Below are positions 27,842 to 43,834 of a DNA stretch of 64,000 nt, one piece after another. Origin of the DNA: Chrysomallon squamiferum. Its lineage: Eukaryota; Animalia; Mollusca. Every line of letters starts with the position of its first letter. Within the stretch, counting starts at the first letter, position 1. A program made the translations under genes and the position numbers. The notes below the pieces were generated by a model. That model saw nothing but the letters and a program-made list of their open reading frames with translations, made no database searches and was not told where the DNA came from. The stretch lies in contig CM022676.1 in NCBI GenBank assembly GCA_012295275.1, positions 1,922,001-1,986,000 of the forward strand, given 5' to 3'.

Positions 27842-29060
27842 TATATGATACTATACTGTATTATAATATACTATGCTACATTATATTATACTATGCTACA
27901 CTACACTATACTATACTACACTGTACTGCAGTATACTGTAATATGTTATACTACACTATACCATACTACCTTACACTATAGAATGTGACACTATACTATA
28001 CTATATGATACTATATTATGTAATGCTAAGTTATGCTATGCTATGCTATGCTATATTATACTGTGTTATACTATATTATATTATACTACACTACACTACA
28101 ATGCACTACATTACACTATACCATGCTACACTACACTGTACTGCACTGCACCATACTATATTACACTGAATTACAGTGTACTGTGCTATATACTTCACTA
28201 CACTACACTACACTACACAATACATCACTACGCTATGCTATGTTATACTATACTACACTATACTACACTGTACTGCACTGCACTGCACCATACTGTATTA
28301 CACTGAATTACAGTGTACTGTGTTATATACTATACAACACTACACTACACAATACATCACTACGCTATGCTATGTTATACTATACTACACTATACTACAC
28401 TGTACTGCACTGCACTGCACCATACTATATTACACTGAATTACAGTGTACTGTGTTATATACTATACAACACTACACTACACTACACAATACATCACTAC
28501 GCTATGCTATGTTATACTATACTACACCCTACTACACTGCACTATACTATATTATGCTATACCCCACAACACCACACTAAGCTATACTATACTGAACTAT
28601 ATTATACTACACTACATTACACTACACTATACTACGCTGAACTGTACTATATTAGACTATACTATTCTGTGATATACTACACAACATTGCACTGCACTCC
28701 ATTACATACACTGCACTACACTATGCTCTACTGCAGTACACTACACTAAACTATATTATACTATACTATGTTACATTGCACGATACTGTACTATGCTAAG
28801 CTAAATCCCAATGTACAACACTACGTTATACCACATACACTATACTATACTACATTTCACTGTACTGTATTACACTATACTTCACTACACTACACTACAC
28901 TACACTATCCTGTATGATACTATACTACACTACATTACACTATACTACATTGCACTTAACTATAATGTATTATACTATACTACACAACACTACATTATAC
29001 AATACTATAGTATATTATACAATATTCACTAGAATATACTGCACTATACTGCATTACACC
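27842..29060. repeat. Degenerate pentanucleotide repeat (CTATA/CACTA)n
   Basis: Direct reading. Source of the YTTLHY ORFs. Confidence 0.9.
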
Positions 29061-29517
29061 ACTACTACTATAGTTGCTACTGCTGCTCCTGCTTCTACTG
29101 ATGTTACTACTACTACTACTACTACTACTACTATGACTATAAATAAATAAATAAAACTCGTCATCATCACATTAATAATAATTACTACGATCCTAACCGG
29201 CAGCACCATCATAATCCTCAGTATCATAACCGTTAAATAATCATAATTATCATCGTCATCATTGTCGACGACGTTGTCCTCATGGTCAGTACCATCAGCA
29301 ACATTACAGTCATCATCATTATCATTATCATTGTCCCTATCATCATACTAATGATGATTATAATAACCAGTCAACAACAACAACAAGAAAAATCTTTATT
29401 TTTTAAAATAATAATTATAAAGAATTATGTTGTTGTTGTTACATTACTACTACTACCATCGCTACTACTACTATTATCTTTTTCTAATTCTAGAAAGGCT
29501 GAAGTCATCATTTCAAG

Positions 29518-29605
29518 ATGTCGAAGTTGGTGTTGCTGTTGCTGCTTTTAACGGTAGTTGTCGCTGTTACAGCACGTAGTTACGGAGGGGCAGTCTTTCG
29601 TGCCA
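29518..29605 (+). CDS. Cys-rich modular secreted protein, copy B, coding exon 1: signal peptide MSKLVLLLLLLTVVVAVTA|RSYGG
   Basis: caagATG context, classic n/h/c signal regions ending V-T-A, A|gtacgt phase 1 donor. Confidence 0.8.
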
Positions 29606-29932
29606 GTACGTTTTATAACTTAAATTATTTCAAGTGTTTCTTCAACATATTTATTACATGTACATATATATGTAAGTTTTTATTATGTCTGTTTACGAAA
29701 TTATATTATACATTATTATTATTATTATTATTATTGTTATAATAATTATTGTATTATTAATATTATTATTATTAGAATTATTGTATTATTATTATTATTG
29801 TTGTTGTTGTTATAATACTTATTGTATTATTATTATTATTATTATTATTATTGTTTATTATTATTTATTTAGTTTTCACAGTTATATATGTAGCCTCGTG
29901 TTTTGCACTGATAAATCTCTTTGTTTTTCTAG

Positions 29933-30088
29933 AGGTATATGGGAAGTACATCCCGAAGTCAGGAAAATGCAAAGTGTTTGGAAAATACTATCGTTCTGGC
30001 CAGCTTATCCGCAGTCCCAGCAATTTGAAGATGTTCACGTTCAGATGTGTTAGAGGAAGGGGCGTAACTCTTGTTAGATCGAAAAGCT
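29933..30088 (+). CDS. Cys-rich protein copy B exon 2 (KVYGKYIPKSGKCKVFGKYYRSG...RCVRG...)
   Basis: ttctag| and |gtacgc, 156 nt, phase 1-1, basic 2-Cys module. Confidence 0.75.
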
Positions 30089-31196
30089 GTACGCTATTTT
30101 ATTTCATTTACACACGCACACTAGTTTCTGTCCCTCTTGGTTATTCGGGGTTTTTATTTTTTTACTTTTTTATTTTTAGGTTGTGAGTGTGTGTCTGTGT
30201 TTTATACACATATAATTAAACATACATAGACATTTACAACATTCAGTGATATACATATATGCATACAAGCATACATATATACATACATACATACACACAT
30301 ACAAACATACGTACATACATACATACATATATACATACATACATATATACATACATTCATACATTCATACATACATACACACATACACACATACATACAT
30401 ACAAACATACACTTATACGTTAATTCCTTAACATTACAGGGAAACACCCCAAAAAACGAACAAAACAACAACAACAAACAAACATCTGTGGTCTATGTTA
30501 AGTAACCTTATTGAAATCCTGAAAAAAAAAAAAAAAAAAAAAAAAAAAAGGAAAATTAAACATTGTAAATCATATGTTAACAAACACCTATCAGTGTAAA
30601 GAAAGGCAGAGAACCGGATTTGAGAGACCTAACGTCAGATTAGATTCTTAATTAGGTTATTTCCATGACAACTATTCAACTAGAGCGGGATATATCTCTC
30701 TCTCTACCGAGTTTAGTTACGTATTCAGACAAAAAGGCGACAATATGGCTGGATCTCTTTGTATAACTTTTGTTTTAATTTTGCTCATCGTAGTTGATAT
30801 ACCATTCACTCACTCTCAAAATAATGAAACCGATTCAGCTTTGGGTAACGTATTTATTTTAATATTCTTGAGAAAGGATGTATCATTAACAAACAAACAA
30901 ACAAATAAATAAATAAATAAATAAAGAGAGTTATAAAACGTAAAATAGCATATATTAAGGCGTATATTGACAAATAATTTAATATTTTATTCCTAAGTTA
31001 GATGTGTTTTGTTCTTTTGAAGATTATTGTTTTCTTGTTTATTTAATTGTTTTTCTCAATCCGCTGTCTATTATTTACCTTCTGTCTGTTTTTCAGTCTG
31101 TCTGTCTGCCTGTCTGTCAGTCTGTCAATCAGTCAGTCTTGAATCACTCTATCTGTCTGTCTGTCTGTCTGTTTCATTCTTTGATTTATTTTGTAG

Positions 31197-31340
31197 ATTG
31201 TCTTTACAAGGGTCACAACATTAGATATGGCAGGACTTTCAGAGACGGGTGCTCTGTCTTTAAGTGTGGAGTTTACATGTACGGAACAAGTAATCGATGG
31301 AGAAAAAATGTTAAAACTAAAATGAGTCTGATAAGTTCAG
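31197..31340 (+). CDS. Cys-rich protein copy B exon 3 (YCLYKGHNIRYGRTFRDGCSVFKCG...)
   Basis: ttgtag| and |gtaaaa, 144 nt, phase 1-1. Confidence 0.78.
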
Positions 31341-31923
31341 GTAAAACTGTGTTTTTTATTTATTTATTTATTTATTAACTGTTTGTTTGTTTGTTTGTTT
31401 GTTTATTTGTTTGTTTATTTATATGTTTGTTTTTTGTTTGTTATTATTTTTGTTATATAGTAGTTGCTATTTTTTGTTGTTAAATTCATGTATTTAATTA
31501 ATGTATGTATGTATACAATTACTTCTACTACGACTACTACTACTATTAATACTACTACTAAAACTACTACTACACTACAGCTATTAGTATTACTACTACT
31601 ACTACTACTACTACCACTACTATTAGTATTACTATTACCAGTACAGCACTACTCGTAGTACACCTCCTACTACGAGTATTACTACTACTGCTACTTCTGA
31701 GACTATTACTTCTCCTCATATTACCTTTACACGTTCCACTTCTACTAATATTAAACCACTATTGCTATTGTGACTGGTTCTATTATCACTGCTACTACTA
31801 CTACTAGTACTTTTACGATCACTACTGCTACTACTAATATAATAATACTGTTATACTACTAGTACCGCTACTATTACTATTGTTGCCCCGATTAATGCCA
31901 TTTGTACTGTAGTAATATAAAAC

Positions 31924-31977
<54 letters not shown>

Positions 31978-32590
31978 ATCTATCTATATATATATAAATA
32001 AAATCTTATTCAATTCTTTTACTTTTCACTTTCCACCTAAAATAGTTCTGCATAATCACACAAATCAAATTAAGTCAGTTCCCTCTCTGTTCCATACAAA
32101 CCAAGCTAACTTTGTAACTGATGCAAACTGTCGTGAGTCACGCGCACATTTCTGCTGCTTTCACTTGTACTTCGGGTCTGTTTGAACGCAAATCACGTCT
32201 CTGTGTTAGGATAACAAAGATTCACAACAACTTGATGTTAACACCACTGTAAGCTAGCTAGGGACGCTACTTCATGTTTACTTGAACTTGTTAATCGCTA
32301 AGTCTTTTCATCTGATGAATTTGTATGATACAAAGCATTTAACATTCATTAACTGTTCAACGTTATCTATTTAACTTGTTTCACGCCTGTTTACATTTAC
32401 ACGTTTATCCATTCATGCGTCCGCTCATTCGTGACAATCCGTCATCATCATCTGTCATTCATCCATCCATCCATCCATCCATCCATCCATCCTCCTTACT
32501 CGTCCATTCCTCCGTCTCTCATTTCTGTCCATCCGTTGAATCATTCGCTCATCCGAGCATCAAACCATCCAGGCTGTCCATAGGCACTGC

Positions 32591-32592
<2 letters not shown>

Positions 32593-32632
<40 letters not shown>

Positions 32633-33270
32633 ACACATACACACACACATACATGCACATACACAGACACTCATACACACATAGACACATACACACACAT
32701 ACACACACATACACACACATACACACACATACTCACACATACACACACACCCACACACACACATATACACACATACACACGCATACACACATACGCACAT
32801 ACACACATATATACACACATAGACACACATACACAGCTGAACACATACACACACATACACACACATACATACACACATACGCACATACGCACATACACAC
32901 ACATACACACACATACACACATACACACACACATACACACACATACTCACACATACACACACACACCCACACACACACATATACACACATACACACGCAT
33001 ACACACATACGCACATACACATATATATACACACATAGACACACATACACAGCTGAACACATACACAAACATACACACACATACACACATACACACATAC
33101 ACACACATACACACATATACACACATACACACACATACACACCCACACACACATACATACACACATACACACACATACACACATACACACACACACATAG
33201 ACACACATACACAGATGAACACATACACACATACACACATACACACACATACACACACACATTCACACAT
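32593..33270. repeat. Imperfect (CA)n/(CATA)n microsatellite
   Basis: Direct reading. Confidence 0.95.
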
Positions 33271-33699
33271 ATATATATATATAATTTACTTTGTTACTTA
33301 TTTTTATTAATTCACTGATTTCTTATTTGTTTGTTTCTTTATTTATTTTCTAATTTAGTTATTGATTTGTTAGTTTTGTTTGTTTCTATATTTATTTATT
33401 TATTTATTGATTTGTTTGTTTATTTGTTTATTTATTTGTTAGTTTTATTTTTTTTATATACAATTATTTATTTATTTATTTAATTATTTGTTTGTTTGTT
33501 TGTTTGTTTCTTTATTTCTTTATTTCTTTATTTATTTTTCTGTTTGTTTGTTTGTTTATCCACTGTTCAGGTAATTTATTATTATTATTATTCAAAGAGG
33601 AAAATAAAACACTTTCACTTTCACGTCATTTACGTAATTATATTCCACATATGTATTTACATTTCTTATAATTTTGCTTTTTCTTTTTCTCTTTCTCTA

Positions 33700-33756
<57 letters not shown>

Positions 33757-33956
33757 GTCTGTCTATCTATCTCTCTATCTATCGACCGATCGATCTATCT
33801 ATCTGTCGGTCTGTCTGCCTATCTAATTAATCAGTATGTATTTCTCATGTAATTAATTGTTTGTTTGTTTGTTTGTTTATTTACTTATTTTCTTAGTTAC
33901 TTTTAAATTAATTAACTTGTTTATTTATTTATTACCTCTTTCTTTCTTTATGTAGA

Positions 33957-33987
<31 letters not shown>

Positions 33988-34071
33988 GCATGTTTGATCG
34001 TTTGCATGTTTGTTTGTTTGTTTGTTATTTATTTACTCGTTTGTTTATTTGTTTCTGTTTTTTTCCACTAG

Positions 34072-34281
34072 GATGCATGGTGAAGGGGAAATGTGTAAAG
34101 GAAGGTTACAAAGAAGAAACAAAATTTAGAAATAGTCGAATGACCGGGAAAACAGTCTGCACGTGCAAGAAAAGTGAATGGCGTTGCTCCAAATCTGCTG
34201 TGGGGATTCCAGTATACCGTACACGTCCACCCGCACCCCCACCTCCTCCCCAACTCCCTCCCCCAATTTTCCAGTGTTCAG
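34072..34281 (+). CDS. Cys-rich protein copy B exon 4 (GCMVKGKCV...CTCKKSEWRC, poly-Pro linker, FQCS)
   Basis: cactag| and |gtaatt, 210 nt, phase 1-1. Confidence 0.82.
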
Positions 34282-34576
34282 GTAATTTATTATTATGATT
34301 CAAAGTGCAAAATAAACAGTTATTTGTAGTTAGACACTTGGTGTCGTTTACGTAATAACATTCCATATAAGTATTTATATTTTTTATAATTTTTCCTTTT
34401 CTCCTTCAATCTCTCTCTATTATGCATCTATCTATATATCTATCTATCTCTCTATAACTCTTTCTATCTATCTATCTATTTATGTGTCTGTCTGTCTGTC
34501 TGTCTGTTTATCTGTCTGTCTATCTCTCTGTCTATTTGTCTGTCTGTCTGTCTTTCTGTGTGCCTATCTATCTATC

Positions 34577-34607
<31 letters not shown>

Positions 34608-34881
34608 CTGTCTATTTATCTATCTGTCTATGTGTCTATCTGTCTATCTATCTATATATCTGTCTATCTATCTAAGTATCTATCTATCTATCTATCTGTC
34701 TATCTATCTAAGTATCTATCTATCTACACCTATCTGTCTGTCTGTCTACTTATCTAATTAATCCGTATGTATTGCTCATCTAATTAATTGTTTATTTATC
34801 AGTTTGTTTGCATGTTTGTATGTTTGCTTGTTTATTATATTTACTCGTTTGTTTGTTTGTTTATTTATCTTTTTCCACTAG

Positions 34882-35085
34882 GATGCATGGTGAAGGGGAA
34901 GTGTGTAAAGGATGGCTACAAAGAAGAAAAAAAACTCAAAAATACTGGAATGATCGGGAAAACAGTCTGCACGTGCAAGAAACATAAATTTCAATGCTAC
35001 TCGTTTGGTGTGGGGATTCCACTATACATTACACGTCCATACGCACCACCACCTCCACCCCCTCCCCCAATTTTCCATTGTTCAG
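34882..35085 (+). CDS. Cys-rich protein copy B exon 5 (duplicate of exon 4, poly-Pro linker, FHCS)
   Basis: cactag| and |gtaatt, 204 nt, phase 1-1. Confidence 0.82.
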
Positions 35086-35239
35086 GTAATTTATTATTAT
35101 TACTGAAAGAGAAAAATAAACAATTACTTTGTAGCTAGACATTTGGTGTCGTTTACGTAATTATGAACTAAATGATTACACACGAAGAAGTATTTTTATT
35201 TTGTATAATCTTTGTCTTTCTCCTTCAGTCTCTCTCACT

Positions 35240-36290
<1,051 letters not shown>

Positions 36291-36411
36291 TGTCTGTCAG
36301 GTTCTAGGATCTATCTATCAGTCTATGTCTGTCTGTCTGAGACTGAGCAGTGGGAGTTGTTTCTGTCTGTCTGTCTGTGTCCATCTTTCTAATTGTATGT
36401 ATATGTTGCAG

Positions 36412-36537
36412 GTTGTATGATGAAAGGGCAGTGTTACCCTCCAGGTACATTCAAGAGACTGAGCAGTGGGAGTTGTTTCTGTCTGATGAACAGATGGGCC
36501 TGCATCAATCTGCCAATCATTCCTAGGACGTGTAACG
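36412..36537 (+). CDS. Cys-rich protein copy B exon 6 (GCMMKGQCYPPG...RTCN)
   Basis: ttgcag| and |gtaaaa, 126 nt, phase 1-1. Confidence 0.82.
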
Positions 36538-37055
36538 GTAAAACGTCTGTCCGTCCTATGTTCTTCTGTCTGTTGTTTTGTCTTTGTCAGTGACACTCTC
36601 CGCCTGTCTGTCTTTCTGTTCGTTTGTCTCTCTTCTGTCTTGTTGAACATCTATGAACCTTTTATGTAATTTTTGAATTATTTAGATTGTTTATATACAT
36701 TATTATTTTTCTTTGTTGGTTTCTTTTTATTTATAATTTTATTTTATTTTAATATTTATTTACTTTCTTTGCCTAATTTACTTCAGAAACTTGCTTTTCT
36801 TTTATTTTGTTATACGTTTTTATTATTAATTTTAATTATTAATTATCATCTTTTTATTATTTAATTATATTTTTATTTTATTTTATTTTTTATTTTACTT
36901 TACTTTACTTTACTTTAATTTTATTTTACTTTAAAAAAAAAATTAAAAAAAAAAAGAACCTCACAAAATACGTTTTAAATTTTGTTCTTTCTTGTAACAG
37001 TTTGTTATCTCATTTTTGTTTTCTTGTTTTATTTTGTTTAACGTTTATTTACCAG

Positions 37056-37205
37056 GCTGTGTATATAAAGACAGATGTTACTTACCTGGTGAGAAGAGGA
37101 GATCTAAACTAGTGTTTGGCACACAAATTTGTACTTGTAGAAATAAAAAATGGAAATGTCCAGCTGTCGTATACGAACCACCCATACTAACGGCTCCCTG
37201 TCCAG
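37056..37205 (+). CDS. Cys-rich protein copy B exon 7 (GCVYKDRCY...TAPCP)
   Basis: accag| and |gtaaac, 150 nt, phase 1-1. Confidence 0.82.
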
Positions 37206-37726
37206 GTAAACATTGACATTAACTAAAATCAAAACGTTGACAAGTAAAAATTACTGGTCATACATACATACAAACAGATGGATAACGATACACACATAAA
37301 ACAAGAACTCTATGTCTCTCTGTGTGTCTGTCTACCTCTCCATTTCTCTGTGTTTTTCTCTCTACGTATCCATCTGTCTGTCTACCTATGTAACTATCTA
37401 CTTAGTTGTCCGTCTGTCTCTGTATCAATAATAATAACACAAAATTAATGTATGTAATAATATTATTTAAAATAATAACATCAGTAATTAAATATACAGC
37501 ACTTATTAAATAGCATCTCGAGTATTACAAACTAGTGGTAAAAATGTATTGAATTTTCTTTTCTTTGTTTGTTCTCTGTATCAATTTTTACTATAAGAAA
37601 GCCTGTACAAGTCGAATGACGAAACAAATCTCAACAGAGCCTCGCTGTATTCTACCATTCTCAACTTCGCAGGATAAAGCTGATCATAAGAGAGTAACTA
37701 GATATTTACTAACCTATATTTACCAG

Positions 37727-37885
37727 GTTGCATGTATAAAGGTAAATGCTACCCACTTGGTCATGTGAGGCACTCTAAAGTTGTCGGAGGCACAGAAACT
37801 TGTACTTGTAAAAAGAACGACTGGAAGTGCACTGGAATGAGTGACCCTGTCGTATACAATCCACCCAAACTAGCTCCGTGTCCAG
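37727..37885 (+). CDS. Cys-rich protein copy B exon 8 (GCMYKGKCYPLG...LAPCP)
   Basis: accag| and |gtaaac, 159 nt, phase 1-1. Not in the ORF track. Confidence 0.8.
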
Positions 37886-39101
37886 GTAAACATTGACATT
37901 AACTAAAATCAAAACGTTGTTAACTAAAGATTACTGGACATACATACACACAAACAGATGGATAACGATGCAGACATAAAACAAGTAATCTTTGTCTGTC
38001 TGTCTGTCTGTTTATACATCTGTGTATCACTTTCTCAATATCTGTCTACGTTCTAGCACTTAGTACCTACGTACTTAGTTTATGTATAATCTCTCTCTGT
38101 CAGTTAAATTGATTAAATAATAATACAAAAATTAAGTAACCTTGATAGTTTCTCTAGTGACACAAACCAGTGAACATTTTATTTATTTATTTACTTTATT
38201 TGTTACTCTCAACCAATATTTATTAGCAATGAAGCCTGGACACACAAAGGGAAATCCAGTGATCTACAGTTAGGATGTTAGTGATACAAACATTTAACAC
38301 AAATATGTTTTGTATACGTCTCTTTTTACTGTCGAAAGGGAGTGAATCTTCACAGAGCCTGGCTGCATTCTATGATAATAATAAACAGTAATAATAAAAA
38401 AGAATTGTATTATTAAATATCCAAAATATTTTGAGTCTTTATACGTTAATAAAAATAGTAATGCGTTATTTGTGACAAGCTACTGAATCAACTAGATAGC
38501 GATGTGCAATATAGGTTTAGGTGTTTGACAGAATCTTTGTATTACACCAAAATTCCTATACGTCTATACCTGTGAATATAAAAAACACCAAACTTCGTTT
38601 GTTACATATATGATACTGGATGATGCAATATGACAGCTTCAGTAGAAATGTTAATGACTTGCATAGACTAGCGACTGAATAGAAGATAAGTTTTCCGAGG
38701 AAATTAATGATTTACACATTGATTTGAAAGATGTGATGATACTGATATAATTATTAGTTAAAATCAGAGATCGCCAATATCAGTGTTATTTGCATTATGA
38801 GATCGTTAATTTTATTACTTTAATTGTGGAACTTTAATTATGGAAATGCCTTGTTTTGGTTTTTGTATTATTTTTGGTATTATTATAATCATCATCATCA
38901 TCATTATTATTAATGAAAATGTGACAATTTTTATTAAATATTACGTTTTAATTCATGTATTTCTATATTTATTTGAAATTAGAACTATTAATATTATGCA
39001 TATTTTGTTAAAGAATCAATTTTTCAAAATATTACCTTTTAATTTATTCAATATTTTTGTAATTTAAAAACTGCTGATACCTTTTCATGTTAATTAAACA
39101 G

Positions 39102-39620
39102 ATTTTTACTTGTTACTTTAATTAAGATTTTACAATATTTGTATAACATAAACTATTTTTACTTGTTACTTTAATTAAGATTTTACAATATTTGTATAAC
39201 ATAAACTATTTTTACTTGTTACTTTAATTAAGATGTTACAATATTTGTATAGCATAAACCAGTTTTACTTGTTAGTTTGATTAACGCTTTACAATATTTG
39301 TATAACATAAACTATTTTTACTTGTTACTTTAATTAAGATTTTACAATATTTGTATAACATAAACTATTTTTACTTGTTACTTTAATTAAGATTTTACAA
39401 TATTTGTATAACATAAACTATTTTTACTTGTTATTTTAATTAAGATGTTACAATATTTTTATAGCATAAACCAGTTTTACTTGTTAGTTTGATTAACGCT
39501 TTACAATATTTGTATAACATAAACCATTTTTACTTGTTATTTTAATTAAGATATTACAATATTTGTATAGCATAAACTATTTTTACTTGTTATTTTAATT
39601 AAGGTTTTACAACATTTACC
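39102..39620. repeat. 53-bp AT-rich minisatellite, about 9.5 units
   Basis: ACTTGTT recurs at 39108, 39161, 39214 and onward. A variant unit pair recurs about 211 bp apart. Confidence 0.9.
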
Positions 39621-39715
39621 TGTTTATTTTAGTGAAGGAGTAATATTTTAAAAATATATGCTATTTTTACCTGTTATATTAATTCAGGTATTACAATATT
39701 TATATATATTTTCAG

Positions 39716-39931
39716 GATGCTTTGACAAAAATATGAAATGTCATCTACCAGACGATAGATACAATGATGGAACGACGGCGTGTATGTGCAAGGGACTGAC
39801 ATGGGAATGTGTGACTACAACAACACCACCACCACCTTCGACAGAAGCGACGGTAGACTCAACGACGTCAACGACGACAACACCGCCAGTGCCAACGACA
39901 TCACCAACACCACCAACTCATGAACCATGTG
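39716..39931 (+). CDS. Cys-rich protein copy B exon 9 (GCFDKNMKC...CMCKGLTWEC, Thr/Pro linker, EPC)
   Basis: tttcag| and |gtaagt, 216 nt, phase 1-1. Confidence 0.85.
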
Positions 39932-40274
39932 GTAAGTGTTAAAGTAACAGGTTAAAATGATAACGTATTCAGGCTGATTTCGTTAGGAACATTTCAGTAT
40001 TAGAAACATAAGTTACGTAATTTTAATAAAATTTAAATGGTATTCTCGTTCACCTTTTAGACTCGTCTCATCTGTTTGTGAGATCGTAATTGGACTTTGT
40101 GCACAGACGGAGACTATCCAAGTCTTAAAACATACATGTATACATACATAGTTACATACACATAAGTATCTAATATCAGGACACGATCAGAAAGCCTCCG
40201 GATCTTAAAGTCAGTAATTTAACTATTGTTACTGGTTGTTAATACTACACCGAGTGTTTGTGTGTCTGTTTCAG

Positions 40275-40409
40275 ACTGCTGGGAAGGTAACATGTGTCAT
40301 CGTCCATACAACGACGTCCAAGTCCACAATGACAAGTACTGTGTGTGCTGGCAAGGAAACTGGACGTGTTCCACCGCAGATATTATAAGAAAGAAATTCC
40401 ACTGTAAAC
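40275..40409 (+). CDS. Cys-rich protein copy B exon 10 (DCWEGNMC...CVCWQGNWTC...FHCK)
   Basis: tttcag| and |gtaatt, 135 nt, phase 1-1. Confidence 0.82.
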
Positions 40410-40513
40410 GTAATTACCCACTGTCCTGATGGCGTTTTTTGTATTTTGTTTTTTGCCTCTGTCTGTATTCATCTCTATGTCTCCCTCCTTACCTAGCTAT
40501 TTCTCGTTCTAGG

Positions 40514-40557
<44 letters not shown>

Positions 40558-40683
40558 ATATCTATCTATCTACCTATCTATCTATCTATCTATCTATCTA
40601 TATGGCTATATAATATATCTGTCTGTCTGTCTATCTATATATGTACTATATCTCTGATTGTCTAGCTATTCATTTATATCTGT

Positions 40684-40799
<116 letters not shown>

Positions 40800-40808
40800 C
40801 TGTTGTAG

Positions 40809-41024
40809 CCACTGACTGCATTCAGATAAATGAATATGTAGTGCAGTGCCGCGGAGCTGATGAAAGAGAGGTGGTAGGTGGTTATGGTGTCTGTTTCTGT
40901 CGTCAGGATCGTTGGTATTGCAAGCAAACTCCTAAAACTCCCGGGACGACAGTGCCGCGAACGTTAGCGCCAACGACGCCAATACCAACGTCATCACCAA
41001 CACCACCAACTCGTGAACCATGTG
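40809..41024 (+). CDS. Cys-rich protein copy B exon 11 (PTDCIQINE...CFCRQDRWYC, Thr/Pro linker, EPC)
   Basis: ttgtag| and |gtaagt, 216 nt, phase 1-1. Confidence 0.82.
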
Positions 41025-41370
41025 GTAAGTGTTAAAATAACAGAATAAAATGATAACGAATTCAGGCATGGTACTGATTTCGTTAGGAACATTTCAATAT
41101 TAGAAATATTATTTTTACGTAATTTAAATAAAATGAAAATGGTAGTGTAGTCCGCCTGCAGGCGAATGTTTGCCACACGTTCGAGTCTCGTCAGCGGCAT
41201 TTGTGAGGTCGCGAGTGGACTTTGTCCTCCTGAGCCAGTGCATTCACGGATGTAGATGTATATATATGCATACATACATACGCACACACGCACAAATATC
41301 TAATATCAGGACACGATCTCAAATCCTCCGGTTGTTAATACTACTCCGTGTTTTTGTATGTCTGTTTCAG

Positions 41371-41505
41371 ACTGCTGGGAAGGTAACATGTGTCATCGTC
41401 CATACAACGACGTCCAAGTCTACCATAATAAATACTGTATGTGCTGGAAAGGAAACTGGACGTGTACCACAGCAGATGTTATAAAACAGAGATTCCACTG
41501 TAAAC
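41371..41505 (+). CDS. Cys-rich protein copy B exon 12 (duplicate of exon 10)
   Basis: tttcag| and |gtaatt, 135 nt, phase 1-1. Confidence 0.82.
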
Positions 41506-42037
41506 GTAATTATCCATTGTTCTGTTGTTGTTGTTTATTTGCCTCTGTCTTTATTCATCTCTCTGTTTCTCTCTGTTTCTCTCCTTATTTAGGTACTTCT
41601 CGTTCAAGGCTGTGCTTCACAAAGGGCTTCACACTGTACTATCCTGTCTATGGGATGGTGCATATGAACCATGCGTCGCAGCTAATCCATAATGTTGCAG
41701 TTTCGTCATCTGAGTGGTCTTAAGAACAAACAGACAAACACATACATACACACAGATACACACCCAAACACTAACACTCACACTCACACACACACTCGCA
41801 CACAAACATACAGACAGACATACATACGTGTTTTTTCTAATTTATCTTTTAATATACACATCAACACACCTTCTTTTTGTGTGTCATATTCTCTATTTAC
41901 CGATGTATATTTTTTCTAGCTAATTACATCTATCCATTCATCCATCCATATACCTCTTTCCACTCTTCTCTCTCTCATTCTCTCTCTTTTATTATGTTTA
42001 ACGATCTGTATATTTGTCTAATTATCCATTCCATTCA

Positions 42038-42198
<161 letters not shown>

Positions 42199-42411
42199 TA
42201 TCTATGTCCTATATGTCTATCTGTCTATCTCTCAGTTTATGTCTGAATCGCTGTACAGTGTTCTGCAATCACACCTGACAACTAGTAACAGCTTCCTACT
42301 GCAGTCATGAAAACTACCACATTAGAAAGATACATAATACTATTATTATTATTATTATTATTACTATTACTATTATCATTATTATTATTATTATTATGAT
42401 TATTATTACAG

Positions 42412-42591
42412 CCACTGACTGCATACAAGCAAGTAGCTCTGGAATCCGCTGCCACGATGCTAATGAAAGAGAAAAGACACCTTATGCCGTCTGTTTCTGT
42501 CTTCAGGGAAGTTGGGGGTGCATGCCAACTCCTAAAACTACCACCCCCGAGATTAAAACACCTCGAATGATCTCTACACCAGTTCTAAAAT
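42412..42591 (+). CDS. Cys-rich protein copy B exon 13 (PTDCIQASS...CFCLQGSWGC...PVLK)
   Basis: ttacag| and T|gtacgt, 180 nt, phase 1-1. An alternative in-frame donor lies at 42601. Confidence 0.78.
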
Positions 42592-42932
42592 GTACGTATT
42601 GTAAACTAACAACCACAACAACAACAATAACGGCACAAGCAGTAGCAGTAGCAGTAGCAGTAGTAGTAGTAGTAGTAGCAGTAGTAGTAGTAGTAGTAGT
42701 AGCAGTAGCAGCAGTAGTAGTAGCAGTAGTAGCAGTAGTAGTAGTAGTAGTAGGAGGAGGAGGAGGAGGAGGAGGTGGAGGAGGAGGAGTATTTAATAAT
42801 AATAATAAAAATAATAATAATAGTAACAATAATAGTAATAAAGTATTAATAATAATAATTAAAAATATTAAAAATAATAATAATCATTACTATTATAACA
42901 ATAATAATAGCAACAACAACAACAACAATAAC

Positions 42933-42968
<36 letters not shown>

Positions 42969-43834
42969 CGGAGAGACTCCAGACACAGACAGACAGACAG
43001 ACAGATAGCTAGATAGACAGACATATTGATAGATATGATAATATGACCTAACTTTTATTATACTTAAGACCGTAACACCTCTTTTGAAGATATGACGTAA
43101 TTCGTGTTTAAGAGATGCAAGTTATGACGTCATGACGAAGCTGTATGATAATGTAGCGTATAATACGATGAATGAATGAACGACATTTTACGATGCAGTT
43201 ACCATAGTTACTAGGTTTCAAGTTTCTGATCACGCATTGCTGGTTTAAAGAAACAGATTTAATATTCAGAGATCAAAACGAAAATGAGAAATGTGTTAAT
43301 ATGAATGTTGTGGAAGATGAATACTTTTTTATTTTAAATGTCTTTTATACATGAAGTGACAATGTTTATATACTAAGAAATATTACTGGCACAAACTATC
43401 GGTGTTTAAACCCGTGCAGCTGTTGTCAGTTGAAAATAGAAAATAATTGTATAATATTGGTAAATAACTTAAAAGTACCTTAAACATTCACTTTCAGCAT
43501 ATATAACTGTCTATCATGTATTTCTTGTACCACTTGTCACCTGTTTACGTTTCTTTATTTTGTATATGAACTGCAAGGCAGTAAGTCGAAAAGCTTAAAG
43601 ATAATAAGAAATCCAATACCACAACGGTAGCAAAATAATAATAATAATGATAATAATGCTGATGATGATAAATAACTAAAGTAATAAATAACAATTAGGA
43701 AACAAAGAAAGATGGAAAGAAACTAAATAATCATATATTGAATACAAGAATAACTAACTAACTAAATAAATAAATACATACATAAATAAATAAATGTCAT
43801 TAATACACTCATCTATTTCAATCTCACTTTGCAG

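Noticed and set aside
42601-43016. Poly-Val/Gly/Asn extension of ORF 42396-43016
   Set aside because: Trinucleotide repeats in the intron after the donor at 42592.
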